Source: an uncultured Eubacteriales bacterium (GTDB lineage: Bacteria > Bacillota > Clostridia > Oscillospirales > Acutalibacteraceae). From it: 64,000 nucleotides of DNA. How positions within the stretch are numbered: position 1 is the stretch's first letter; each line of letters begins with the position of its first letter. This document shows, one piece after another, positions 10,376 through 22,566 of this stretch. The notes under the pieces are model-generated. The model searched no databases and was not told where the DNA came from. It saw nothing but the letters and a program-made list of their open reading frames with translations. The stretch lies in the NCBI GenBank assembly GCA_958417225.1, contig CATZCM010000003.1, forward strand, positions 13,433-77,432, read 5' to 3'. A program made the position numbers and the translations under genes.

Positions 10376-10464
10376 TGGCGGAGAGGATGGGATTCGAACC
10401 CATGTGCGATTACTCGCAAACTGATTTCGAGTCAGCCCCGTTATGACCTCTTCGATACCTCTCC
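10376..10464 (-). tRNA. tRNA-Ser (anticodon CGA)
   Basis: Folded by hand. Acceptor GGAGAGG/CCTCTCC; anticodon stem GCTGA/TCAGT with loop CTCGAAA; long variable arm TGCGA-GTAA-TCGCA; T arm ATGGG-TTCGAAT-CCCAT; discriminator G; encoded CCA. Confidence 0.9.
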
Positions 10465-10667
10465 ATATACATTTCAGCCAGCAAATTTCATTACTTTTCC
10501 AAAACTCCAAAAGAGTCAAAAGCTATTAAACTTACTTTTTGAAAATCCGCATTCGTATAAACACAAATTTATCAGTTCACACGATAAATTGATTATAGCA
10601 CACAAAATTCATTCTGTCAACATTTTTTTATAAAGGCGACACCAAAACGGCATCGCCTTAAAAAATC

Positions 10668-11705
<1,038 letters not shown>

Positions 11706-11960
11706 TCATTTATATTGTTATTTTACCAAAGTAGATACTTTTTTTCAATGGTATAAATCACGTTGTTTTTAGTAAATTACAATTTTTTTTCATTAACTAT
11801 TAACTAATTTGTAAAGTCTACTCATTTAATTCAATTCATCAAAAATATCAATCACATTCATAAAATCTTACAAAGTAAAAAAAATCACAATTGTCATAAA
11901 TCATAGACAAGCCCAATATTATTTAGTATAGCAATAAAAAGTTTGAGAGGCGAAAATAAA

Positions 11961-12974
11961 ATGAAAAAAATAATATGTACAGCAATAGGTTTATTCATGT
12001 TCACTGGTCTCATGCCACTACTAATATGCGGAAAACGTCCTACTATATCAATTCCAGTTAACACAGCATCCGTATCGTTACCACCCGCTGTAAACACACC
12101 ACAACAAAGCAAATCATCTGAAGCACCATCATTTAAGATTCTTGACACATCCACATCTCAGATTATATCCATTCCTGATCGAGAATTCATGTACGGAGCA
12201 CTTCCTTACGAAGTTCCACCCACTTTTGAACCAGAAGCTTTAAAAGCACAGGCCATTGCTATATATACATACTTTAGCAGAGCCCGTAAAAAAGAACGTT
12301 GCAATTCCACTCAAGATCCTAACACTCCAGATTTTAAAGCTAATCTTTCAGCTGGAGAATTTTATCTTTCTAACGACCAACTTAAAAACAAGTTTGGCAG
12401 TTCATTTGATGAACATTTTGCTAAAATAAAGTCCATAGTAGACAGTGTGTTTGGTGAAGAGATTGTTTTTGAAGATGAACCCATCCTCGCAATGTATCAC
12501 GCAATATCAGGTGGATCAACTGAATGTTGTAAAGACGTTTTTGTAGAAGACATTCCATACTTAAAATCTGTACCAAGCCCTGGTGACATGGTAGCCCCTG
12601 GATACAAAAGTACAAAAGAATTCACTGATGACGAGTTCAAAGCTATCGCATCAAGCGTAACTGAAACACCTCTACCTGACGACAAAGGACAATGGATATC
12701 AAATATTAAATCAACCCCTTCAGGACATATAATTTCATTAAACCTCGGCACAAATGAAATTAGTGGCAACCAAATAAGATCGTTATTTTCTCTTAGATCA
12801 GGTAAATTCGATATATCATTTCAAGATGGAAAAGTCATATTCACGGTGTATGGGTACGGACATTGCGTCGGAATGAGCCAATATGGTGCCCAATATATGG
12901 CATTGCAGGGCTCTACTTATAAAGAAATAATTTCATGGTACTACCCTGGCACTGAAATAAAACATCAAATTTAA
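11961..12974 (+). CDS. spoIID: Stage II sporulation protein D (SpoIID/LytB domain)
   Basis: Signal/anchor MKKIICTAIGLFMF, then ...EALKAQAIAIYTY..., HAISGGSTE, GHCVGMSQYGA. Start set to ATG 11961; the track start is a TTG 18 nt upstream. Confidence 0.85.
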   Translation: MKKIICTAIGLFMFTGLMPLLICGKRPTISIPVNTASVSLPPAVNTPQQSKSSEAPSFKILDTSTSQIISIPDREFMYGALPYEVPPTFEPEALKAQAIAIYTYFSRARKKERCNSTQDPNTPDFKANLSAGEFYLSNDQLKNKFGSSFDEHFAKIKSIVDSVFGEEIVFEDEPILAMYHAISGGSTECCKDVFVEDIPYLKSVPSPGDMVAPGYKSTKEFTDDEFKAIASSVTETPLPDDKGQWISNIKSTPSGHIISLNLGTNEISGNQIRSLFSLRSGKFDISFQDGKVIFTVYGYGHCVGMSQYGAQYMALQGSTYKEIISWYYPGTEIKHQI

Positions 12975-13007
12975 TAATCCATATATGATTCACACTTATC
13001 ACAAATC

Positions 13008-13967
13008 TTACAATTTCACTCCTTGTAGTGCCGCACCTATAATTCCTGCGTCATTGCCAAGTTGCGCTTTAACTATGCTAGTTTTTTTTGATGAATGGGA
13101 ATTGTAGGACTCACGATAAACTATTTCACGGAGAGGATCAAGCAAGAAATCCCCCTCATTACTTAGTCCTCCACCAATACATAAAACTTCCGGTTGAATC
13201 ATATTCACAAGATTTGTTACACCACATGCAAGATCTGCAATATACGCATCAACTACTTGTTTTGCTACAAGGTCTTGCTGTTTCATCGCAGTAAATGCCG
13301 TTCTTCCACTCACTTTCTCAATGTCACCATCTACCATATCCCACATTATTGTACTATCTCTATCAAACTTCGATAAAATTTCCTTTGTTGTTCTTACAAG
13401 CCCACGTGCAGATGCATACGTCTCAAAACATCCTCGTCTTCCACAGGCACAACGTCTTCCATTTTTGTGTATCACCATATGTCCCGTCTCTCCTGCCATG
13501 TAGTTAAACCCAGTATAAATTTTCCCTCCTATTATGACACCAGTACCTATACCAGTCCCAATCGTTAAAGTGATTGACGTACTACTGTGTTGAGCCGCTC
13601 CTTGCATATATTCTCCTAGTGCCGCTAAATTAGCATCATTCCCAATAAATATCTTTTTTGAAAAAAATTTTGCCATTTCATTGCGCAGTTCAAAATTTTC
13701 TAAAAAAAGGTTAGGCGAATATTCGATAACCCCTGAATTTGTATTTACCGCACCTGGACATCCAAGCCCAATCGAATGCACATCCTTTAAATCAACATTT
13801 ACACTTTTCAGAGAATTTTCTATAAGTCGTCTGATATCATCACAAATATCCCTCCCTGACCTTGGTACATTCGTTTTACATTTTGATTTAAAAATAATGT
13901 TTTTGTTATCATCCAATACTCCAACTACTAAATTGGTCCCGCCTATATCCACACCAATATAATACAT
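13008..13967 (-). CDS. glcK: ROK-family glucokinase
   Basis: MYYIGVDIGGTN..., the ROK zinc motif CACGRRGCFETYAS, and a GG-rich C-terminus. Confidence 0.85.
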   Translation of the reverse strand: MYYIGVDIGGTNLVVGVLDDNKNIIFKSKCKTNVPRSGRDICDDIRRLIENSLKSVNVDLKDVHSIGLGCPGAVNTNSGVIEYSPNLFLENFELRNEMAKFFSKKIFIGNDANLAALGEYMQGAAQHSSTSITLTIGTGIGTGVIIGGKIYTGFNYMAGETGHMVIHKNGRRCACGRRGCFETYASARGLVRTTKEILSKFDRDSTIMWDMVDGDIEKVSGRTAFTAMKQQDLVAKQVVDAYIADLACGVTNLVNMIQPEVLCIGGGLSNEGDFLLDPLREIVYRESYNSHSSKKTSIVKAQLGNDAGIIGAALQGVKL

Positions 13968-14214
13968 ACGACAACCTCATTTCATATCAGGAAAACTTTC
14001 TTAGAAATCATCCATTTAAAATATATTTAACAAAATTAAACTAATTTTTATTTTAAATGTATTTAATTAAATTGTCAATAAAAAAGTCATTAGTTTTAAT
14101 TTAATTAAGCGATTCAATAAAAATACATACAACCCCATAAATATAGCTAAACAAAAAAACGTACATTTTCTGGTTTGACGAGTGCTTTTTCTGCAAAACT
14201 ACCAAGTATACAAA

Positions 14215-14259
14215 ACATAAATTAATAATGCTCCTCCCAACATATATAGTGGGAAGAGC
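14215..14259 (-). terminator. Terminator candidate downstream of the collagen-like gene
   Basis: Minus strand GCTCTTCCCAC-TATATAT-GTTGGGAGGAGC (about 10 bp including one G.U pair), followed by the U-rich ATTATTAATTTATGTTTT. Confidence 0.45.
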
Positions 14260-14293
14260 CCTAAAACAATTGCTATAAAACTAAAAAATATTT

Positions 14294-15669
<1,376 letters not shown>

Positions 15670-16413
15670 CTCTCAATCTCCTTACAAAAGTACTATAACC
15701 TTATTTTATGCACTAAACAAAAAAGTTGGGACACCTACTACATAGACAGCACTAAGGACGAATAGACCTATAACCTAAGATTATTATACTTGGCATCTCA
15801 GTGAGCACAGATCTAACTTAGGTAGTAAATTGTCAAAGTTTTTCGCCACCTTTGTTATAACTCTGTACTACAGTTTCAACTTTAATTATTACCTCTGTTA
15901 CTCAACAATAACTTCTACTTATTTAGTAATACTTTCTACTTCTTTCAAATTTAGAACCAGTGCAGTTCGTTCCTAATTGAAAAGGTTAGACACTAAAAAA
16001 ACGAATGTTTAATTATGTAAGATAACTTGAATGAAATAATGGAGTAATGACCTAAAACGTCCACCCCATTATTCCAACTGGTGTCTATCAACGAAAGTTA
16101 AAGCGTCAAAAAACTAGTGAGTTCGGCTGAGAATAATCATCCCTGAACAATACAAAAGTTGCAAAAATTCGGATAGTATCTCCTGTATACCGGAAATCTA
16201 CAAAAACACTCAAAGTAAGAATGTAAATAATACTCTCTAACGAAATTGTAAATATACAAAACTAAACTTACGCTCTTATAGAAACCTAGTGTGGCAATAA
16301 AACATCGTAATTTTTTACTGACAGATACAAAAAAGACAAAAAACTTCAATCTTACATCTACCGATAACCTAATTAAATAATTTTAATACCTGCATTTTTG
16401 ACGATTAGTATGT

Positions 16414-18387
16414 TTAAAAGGATTGATTTTCCGCATGGCAAGCAAGATAACCAATTGTTTTTCCCTTATATTTTTCTTTTGATTTTGGAGGTCTACCGTA
16501 CTTTTCCATGAACTCTTTTAATAGCTCTAACTTCTCATTTTTCACTGTTTCGGCTTTATTCCACACAAAACCAATTTCATTAAGTTTACTTATTTTTTCT
16601 GCATTCAACGTACCTTTGCGATATTTTTCTCTTTGCAGGTTCATCCACTTATATACATTAGATTTTATCAAATTTTTCCTAACATCAGTAACAACCGGAA
16701 ATCTGCCATTTTCATCTCGAAATGTTTTGAGCGTATTATAATTGTTTTCCCAAACCTCAGCCATCGGCACAATCCTCAGCTCAAAACCCAAATCATTGAA
16801 CTTTTTCACATGCAAATCTGGCATATCGTTATTTTTGAATTTTTGTTTCTGATTCAGCATCCAGTTGTAAAGTACACTAACGGTTTCATCGTGCGCTGCG
16901 TCAGAGCGTTTTGGAAAACGACCATGCTTTTCCTTGAATAAGCTAAGTAATTTATAATTTTGTTCCCACTTCTCCTCGTCCTGAGACCACACAAAATCTA
17001 TCGAATCCAGTTTCTGAACCCGCTCCACACCAAGAACGCCTTTTTTTCGCAGTACTCGTTGATTTGCACACCAATTTCCAATATGAAATCCATCATATTT
17101 TTCATCGTAATACGGAAATCTTTCATACTTTCCTTTAAACTCGCACACAGCATCAAAAACCACATCCCAAGCCCCTTCAAACGATAAATGTAATTCCGTT
17201 AAAATTTCCCGCACATCTTTCACATAATCATACAACTCAAATTCAATATTATCATCGTCTCTGGACTCAAAACGATTATTTTTCATACCCATTATCTGAG
17301 AATATTGATTTGCTGTATCACCCGTTTCATAGTTGTTTACGATGTCAAAAATAACCGGACTCGATACAGAACACGATAGTGCTCGTCCCAACTGTTGATA
17401 AAACACATTCGCAGATTGCGTACTACGCAACATTATCACTCCATCTATATTTTTCACATGAATCCCCTCATTAAGCATATCTACACAAAATAACAGTTTC
17501 AGCACATCCGGATCATTGTCATCACGGAATCGCTCAAACTGCTCGTTTGACTCAGAATTACCTGTATGAACGCTGTATGTATGAATTTTTCCGTTTACCT
17601 TACAAAACCAATCTTTACTCTCACTTACTGATTTTTTCAGCTTTTCTATACTTGGACAAAATATTATGTATTTTCCACTCCTGTTCTTCATGTGCCTTAC
17701 GAAAATTGTCTCTAACCCACAATCCAACTGAGTCACCATACTTTTGGCTTTTTTGATTTTCCCAAGCAATACCATCTTCAAACGGATATTTTTACTCTGT
17801 TCGGCCTTTCGCTCTAATCTCGCAATTTCTCCAGAAAATTTGTAATACGATGTCACATACACCGGCAATGGTAAAATTTTTTCACGTATCGCATCCGCTA
17901 AACTCATGTTAACCGCAAAGTTATTATTAAAAAGCTCATCCGCCATATTTCTAAGCGAATCCAGGTACCTTATCGGAGTCGCAGACGTCCCCAACACCTT
18001 TGCGTCTTCATGCATTGAAAGAAGTTTTTGTACCCCTATGCCCCATTCCTTCGCCCCTGCGCGATGAAATTCATCCAACACTATGTAATCAGTCTTCAAC
18101 TTTTTTATGCCCTTTTCATCCTGCTGACTTAATTTCGAGTACGTGACAAACTCACATTTACTTACATCAATGTCACTCTCGTTTGCGTGATTCTTCAGCT
18201 GTGACAGGATATACGCTGACGGCGACACGATAACAAAAAAACTCTCCGGGTTGTCTTCTATCAGCTTCAACACGATATAACTCTTTCCTGTACCTGTTGG
18301 CTGTACACATGCAACTTTTTGCTTTTTGTGAAAAAAATTCACTATCCGCTCATATGTTTCCTCATTGTGTTCATATAGCTCCAGCAT
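16414..18387 (-). CDS. DEAD/DEAH-box (SF2) helicase with C-terminal helicase-associated (HA) domain repeats
   Basis: Walker A QPTGTGKS, DEFH box, motif III TSATP, QQLGRALS. The last ~260 aa contain 3.5 copies of a ~65-aa unit (W..N...L..F....GRFP......W...Q...........KL..IGF.W) typical of HA domains. Confidence 0.8.
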   Translation of the reverse strand: MLELYEHNEETYERIVNFFHKKQKVACVQPTGTGKSYIVLKLIEDNPESFFVIVSPSAYILSQLKNHANESDIDVSKCEFVTYSKLSQQDEKGIKKLKTDYIVLDEFHRAGAKEWGIGVQKLLSMHEDAKVLGTSATPIRYLDSLRNMADELFNNNFAVNMSLADAIREKILPLPVYVTSYYKFSGEIARLERKAEQSKNIRLKMVLLGKIKKAKSMVTQLDCGLETIFVRHMKNRSGKYIIFCPSIEKLKKSVSESKDWFCKVNGKIHTYSVHTGNSESNEQFERFRDDNDPDVLKLLFCVDMLNEGIHVKNIDGVIMLRSTQSANVFYQQLGRALSCSVSSPVIFDIVNNYETGDTANQYSQIMGMKNNRFESRDDDNIEFELYDYVKDVREILTELHLSFEGAWDVVFDAVCEFKGKYERFPYYDEKYDGFHIGNWCANQRVLRKKGVLGVERVQKLDSIDFVWSQDEEKWEQNYKLLSLFKEKHGRFPKRSDAAHDETVSVLYNWMLNQKQKFKNNDMPDLHVKKFNDLGFELRIVPMAEVWENNYNTLKTFRDENGRFPVVTDVRKNLIKSNVYKWMNLQREKYRKGTLNAEKISKLNEIGFVWNKAETVKNEKLELLKEFMEKYGRPPKSKEKYKGKTIGYLACHAENQSF

Positions 18388-18484
18388 ATCCTATCACCTC
18401 CATTACTTTTTTTATCTATTGAATTTCAGATGACCCATGTAACAGTCACGGCTAGCCACACAGACCACTGTGCAATTGATAGGC

Positions 18485-18844
18485 TCATGATAGCAATTTG
18501 ATTACTTTCGGCTCATGGGTAAAAGAACTAATAGTTGCCACACCATTCTTGAAGTAGAAAACCTCGGTGTTACCATCACCAACAGCGTACATCTTCTTCA
18601 GTCCAGAATAGGCATCCAGCATGGACTGCCGTGCCTCAACCCGGTCATCCTCTACCAGCTCACCGGCAACACAAATCCACTCGCCGTACTTGAATGCACA
18701 CAGTTCTGCTTTCGGATTGGCGTACAGCTGCTTGGAAACATTATTCTTTTTGCCTGTCTTGATGTACAGCTTGCCTCCAAAAATATTTGCTGTGTCAAAT
18801 GGACGTACTCTCGGCATTTTTGACGTCTTCAGTAACCTTAGCAT
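18485..18844 (-). CDS. Pyridoxamine 5'-phosphate oxidase-family (split-barrel flavoprotein) protein, possibly N-terminally shortened
   Basis: ...MPRVRPFDTANIFGGKLYIKTGKKNNVSKQLYANPKAELCAF...VEDDRVEARQSMLDAY...GDGNTEVFYFKNGVATISSF matches this small-protein family. The usual ~20-30 residues before PRVRPF appear missing or replaced. A sampled 60-nt line (18661-18720) is 52% GC, far above neighbouring genes. Confidence 0.6.
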   Translation of the reverse strand: MLRLLKTSKMPRVRPFDTANIFGGKLYIKTGKKNNVSKQLYANPKAELCAFKYGEWICVAGELVEDDRVEARQSMLDAYSGLKKMYAVGDGNTEVFYFKNGVATISSFTHEPKVIKLLS

Positions 18845-19355
18845 CTGCCTTCGTTTTTTTATTTCAAGGGTGTTAGTTCTTTCTCCACTTTCTTCAGACC
18901 AACCTTCTTCTCTTTCAGAGTAAATCTATATCGATCATAGTACTGGCAGCCTTAGACTCAGAAACTTTATTTCAACCTTTTTCTATACTATTCGGGGTGC
19001 GTAATCGGTCGTGATTTTGGCTTTATTCTTGATGCCTTTAGTTTTTGGCATAAGACACATACCTCTTTCCTCTTATATAATCGTCTTGGACGGACTAATA
19101 AACCAAATCAGTTTTTCTGGCTTTTTTTTGATAAGCCTAGCTACTGTAAGCTACCGACAATATTTCCACACAAAGATCACTCTATATCTTCATGCTCACG
19201 ATTTCACTCCCATATAGATTTATCATCTTATTCTGAAATGGAACCATATCTATCACAAGCCTGCAAATAAATCAGCCTTGTACACGCCTTTTTCTAGCAT
19301 TTTCTTGAAGCTGTCCTTTACGGCTGCAACATCTTCATGATGGATTAGCTAAATG

Positions 19356-20358
19356 TCACAACCCATATAAAATTCGCGTTAATTTAAATCGCTTTAACAC
19401 AGCGGTGATAACGCTAACTACTCCCACCGCACACAAAAAGCTAATCATAACCTGTACTATCGGCAGCACTTTGCCATTCAACGGAATAATTGTCAGATAT
19501 ATAATCTGCTGATGGAACAAATAAATTCCAAAACTCTTTTCTTTCAATCCGTTCCATAATTTTGACTTTTTTGCATTGATTAGTTTTTCCGTAATCATTT
19601 TTACAGTGTAGTATACAAAAATCACTCCCATATACGAACACATATAACCTAAAATCAAATCAACCAATCGAACTACTATCGATGCCGTTGTATTAACCTC
19701 AATTGTGTTGTTAATCACAAAACAAACGATTGATCCAAAGCCACTTATTGGAATGCCCCACCAATTCTCTGTCTTTTTCCTGTAAAGTTACGCTCCAAGA
19801 TAGTAATATCCTGCGTATTTGACAGCTGTCGAAACTTGAAAAACATTAACACCTATCTTATCGAGCAGGTCCCCCCCCGATAGATATCAGAGCAACTGCA
19901 AGCATTCCTTTTGTTGATACATGCTTTTCATCCAAGATTCCGTAAAAAATGGCAAACAGCAAAAAGAGCATTGGAAGAAACCACAATTGTGATGGAGCAC
20001 ATCCAAGAACATATTTATATACTATTTTGGATAAGTCGAAGCCACTATAGTGTACATAAAACGGAATAACCCATGTTAACATCACGCAAAAGTATGGCAA
20101 CATAAGTCTTTTTCCTCTTTCCAGAATATCTTTTTCAAAATTAGTATATTTTCCTTTTTCTGTTCTTAAGCAATAAAATAAAAAGCCAGAGGCCATCGCA
20201 AAAGTTTGAACATGAAATGTATTCAACCACCGAGCAAAAATTGAAAGGTAACTTGCTTCATACACGGGTTTTACTCCATCGAACCAACTACCAGTAAAAA
20301 ACATGCACGAATGATAAAGTACAACCGCTAACATCATTAACACTTTTACATTATCCAT
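19356..20358 (-). pseudogene. Acyltransferase-3 family (O-acyltransferase) gene, disrupted
   Basis: N-terminal part (19858..20358) and C-terminal part (19356..19718) are both multi-TM Acyltransferase_3-like (..LMMLAVVLYHSCMFF.., ..GIYLFHQQIIYL..). The first part stops just after a G8 run. Removing one G gives ..ISIGGDLLDKIGVNVFQVSTAVKYAGYYYLGA, which enters the C-terminal frame but hits an in-frame TAA at 19790-19788. Confidence 0.8.
19871..19878 (-). repeat. Homopolymeric G8 tract (C8 on plus) at the acyltransferase frameshift site
   Basis: ccccccccc-type run read directly at 19871-19878. It is the longest G/C run I saw in the window. Confidence 0.9.
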
Positions 20359-20382
20359 TGTTTCTAATCTACGTTACATTAC

Positions 20383-21885
20383 TTATCTCCTTTTCACCTT
20401 TTCACATATCTTATGAAACATACTTTGCAACTTGTCCCGATAAAACACCATATTAAGTACGCAAACAATAACACTCCAAATAATAGCCGTTTTAGCCACA
20501 AGAATAACCCACTCAACATATGTAGCTCCTGGCATTGTAATCATTCTCGTTGCAAAAAAACCAATCAATACCGTCAACCCATCAACGAAAATTTGCTTTG
20601 TAAATTTTCTTAAAGGCCACTTAATCAAATTTTTTGAATCATATACTGCCACCCACACCGTCTGATACCCCATTGCAACTAAGGTCCCAATCGCAACTCC
20701 AATCAGTCCCCATACCTTTACTGTTACAACAGATACTACAATATTGAGAATTGCAGCAATAATATAATTATTTTGTGTCTGCTTATAATGACCCGCTGCA
20801 AGAATAACAATATTATATGGTAACCTTAAGCAATGACCTGCATTTGCAGCTACAATCAATGCCGCAAAAAGAGGCTGGATATAATTTGCGTCATGGATAC
20901 CAAGTGTATAAACTCTAACAAATGGAACAATTAAAATTGCTGTTAATCCAAATACAAAGGTCGTGCCAGTATGAATCACCCATTCTGTCCAGGAAAAAGT
21001 TTTGTTTAGTTTTTTAATTTCTTGTTTCGCCCATAGTTCACCAATTAAAGATGTAATTCCATTTGTCATAGATATAAATAACTGTTTTACACCTTTAACA
21101 ACCAAAAAATACACGGAATAAATAGATACATCTGATAATGTTGCAAATAATGTTAACACAATCGTATCCGTACCATCAAGAATAACAGCAGCAACATGCT
21201 GTGCAATGCCATTCCATTTTTGAGCAATCGGCTCTTTCGTGTATTTAATCTTCCTATCTATGCTATAATGATGCCGAACATATAGGTAAATTAAGAATGG
21301 CTGTAGCAAATATATAAGAGATGTAGTTAATTTGACAATCTGAATACTGCATCCCATACGAATTAAAATAAAGCAAGCTGCAGTATTACAAACAACCGCT
21401 AATGTCTGTGCATTATACTGAATATAACCACGCTGATCTGCCGTTAAGAGTAAGCGGTTAACAATCCCAAAAAAATATTGTGCAAAAGAACTAAGAGAAA
21501 TTGCCACAATCAATGTTGCTGTATAGATAAAGCCAAAGTCCTTTCCAGCAAACTGAGGATATACAATTACCAGCGCAATTACATATATTAGTAATATTTG
21601 ACCAAGTTTTGTAAAAAATTTATTGGCTGAAGCTATTATTTTACTAACATCTTTCTGATTCTTCTCCGCTAAAGGTTTATATAGTGCAGATTGAACAACT
21701 GCACCTACACCCAGTTCAAGGAAAGAAATTACTCCTAGGAACTGCGCAATTGAATTGACCAGTCCATTAACTTCTGAACCAAATGCATTTAAGATTAATC
21801 TGGGTAAAATAAACCCGCAAACTATGGTTGTCAGCTGAAATAACAACGATGACACCGTATTATATAACAATCTTTTTTGTCTCAT
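20383..21885 (-). CDS. wzx: Oligosaccharide flippase (Wzx, MOP superfamily)
   Basis: 500 aa with about 12-14 predicted TM segments. The N-terminus ...NTVSSLLFQLTTIVCGFILPRLILNAFGSEVNGL is typical of polysaccharide biosynthesis (PST) flippases. Confidence 0.75.
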   Translation of the reverse strand: MRQKRLLYNTVSSLLFQLTTIVCGFILPRLILNAFGSEVNGLVNSIAQFLGVISFLELGVGAVVQSALYKPLAEKNQKDVSKIIASANKFFTKLGQILLIYVIALVIVYPQFAGKDFGFIYTATLIVAISLSSFAQYFFGIVNRLLLTADQRGYIQYNAQTLAVVCNTAACFILIRMGCSIQIVKLTTSLIYLLQPFLIYLYVRHHYSIDRKIKYTKEPIAQKWNGIAQHVAAVILDGTDTIVLTLFATLSDVSIYSVYFLVVKGVKQLFISMTNGITSLIGELWAKQEIKKLNKTFSWTEWVIHTGTTFVFGLTAILIVPFVRVYTLGIHDANYIQPLFAALIVAANAGHCLRLPYNIVILAAGHYKQTQNNYIIAAILNIVVSVVTVKVWGLIGVAIGTLVAMGYQTVWVAVYDSKNLIKWPLRKFTKQIFVDGLTVLIGFFATRMITMPGATYVEWVILVAKTAIIWSVIVCVLNMVFYRDKLQSMFHKICEKVKRR

Positions 21886-21919
21886 TCTTGCTCCTTTTTA
21901 TACACTTTAGCAGCAATAT

Positions 21920-22562
21920 TAATCCCTCAAGCTTCAACGATCAATCCCAATCCAATTTACGAGATAACCTCTTTCTAGTCTTTTCTCAAAGGTCTATCGC
22001 ACGCTTAATTCAAGTTGATTTCCCAGTTATCATTTCCTTCAATAAACACTGGGCCATTATCACTAATTGCCAAATCCCAACCAATTGCACAAATTCCATA
22101 AAGTGTCCTGTGTACACAGCAATCCAGTTTACAACCCCATGGTATTCAGGTATCTGAAATTTGCCAAATTTAATTTTGGTATTGGGGTTCATATCAATAT
22201 TTGTTCCATAAAAAGCTAAAAGCCATATTCTTTCAAATGCCCATTTTCGTTAATTTCAATAGACAAGCCACCTGTTGACCAACTATCTACAATTCCTGTT
22301 TCCTCAGTTCCTATACAAAGCAATCAGTAAATATGTCTTGCTATCTTTATTGCTAGTCACAATTTGATATACATTTATTGTGCTCGGAATATATAAAATT
22401 TATTGGATTCTCCATATTTTCTAGCCCACTCAACATTTTCCACAATTCTGTCGATTTCTGATTTCAGTTTTGCTTCAACCACTGCATTTTTCACCTAAAT
22501 ATTCCAATTACGCTTAGCCCAAATCTTTTTTAACGCAATTTTCAACTTTTCCTTGAATCCAA
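21920..22562 (-). pseudogene. Degraded sugar-transfer-associated ATP-grasp (ATPgrasp_ST-like) gene
   Basis: Recognisable pieces sit in different frames and are separated by stops: ..GIVDSWSTGGLSIEINENGHLKEYGF*.. and ..LYGICAIGWDLAISDNGPVFIEGNDNWEINLN*. Only ~200 codons remain. Boundaries are approximate. Confidence 0.55.
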
Positions 22563-22566
22563 TTAA

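Noticed and set aside
10361-10633. Track ORF 10361..10633 (+, 90 aa).
   Set aside because: It overlaps the tRNA-Ser gene on the opposite strand, and its translation is an artefact of the tRNA sequence.
10633-10659. Hairpin AAGGCGA...TCGCCTT just after the gap stop, as a terminator.
   Set aside because: The T/A tracts are on the wrong sides for either strand (T-run before and A-run after on plus). It may still pause transcription but is not a canonical intrinsic terminator.
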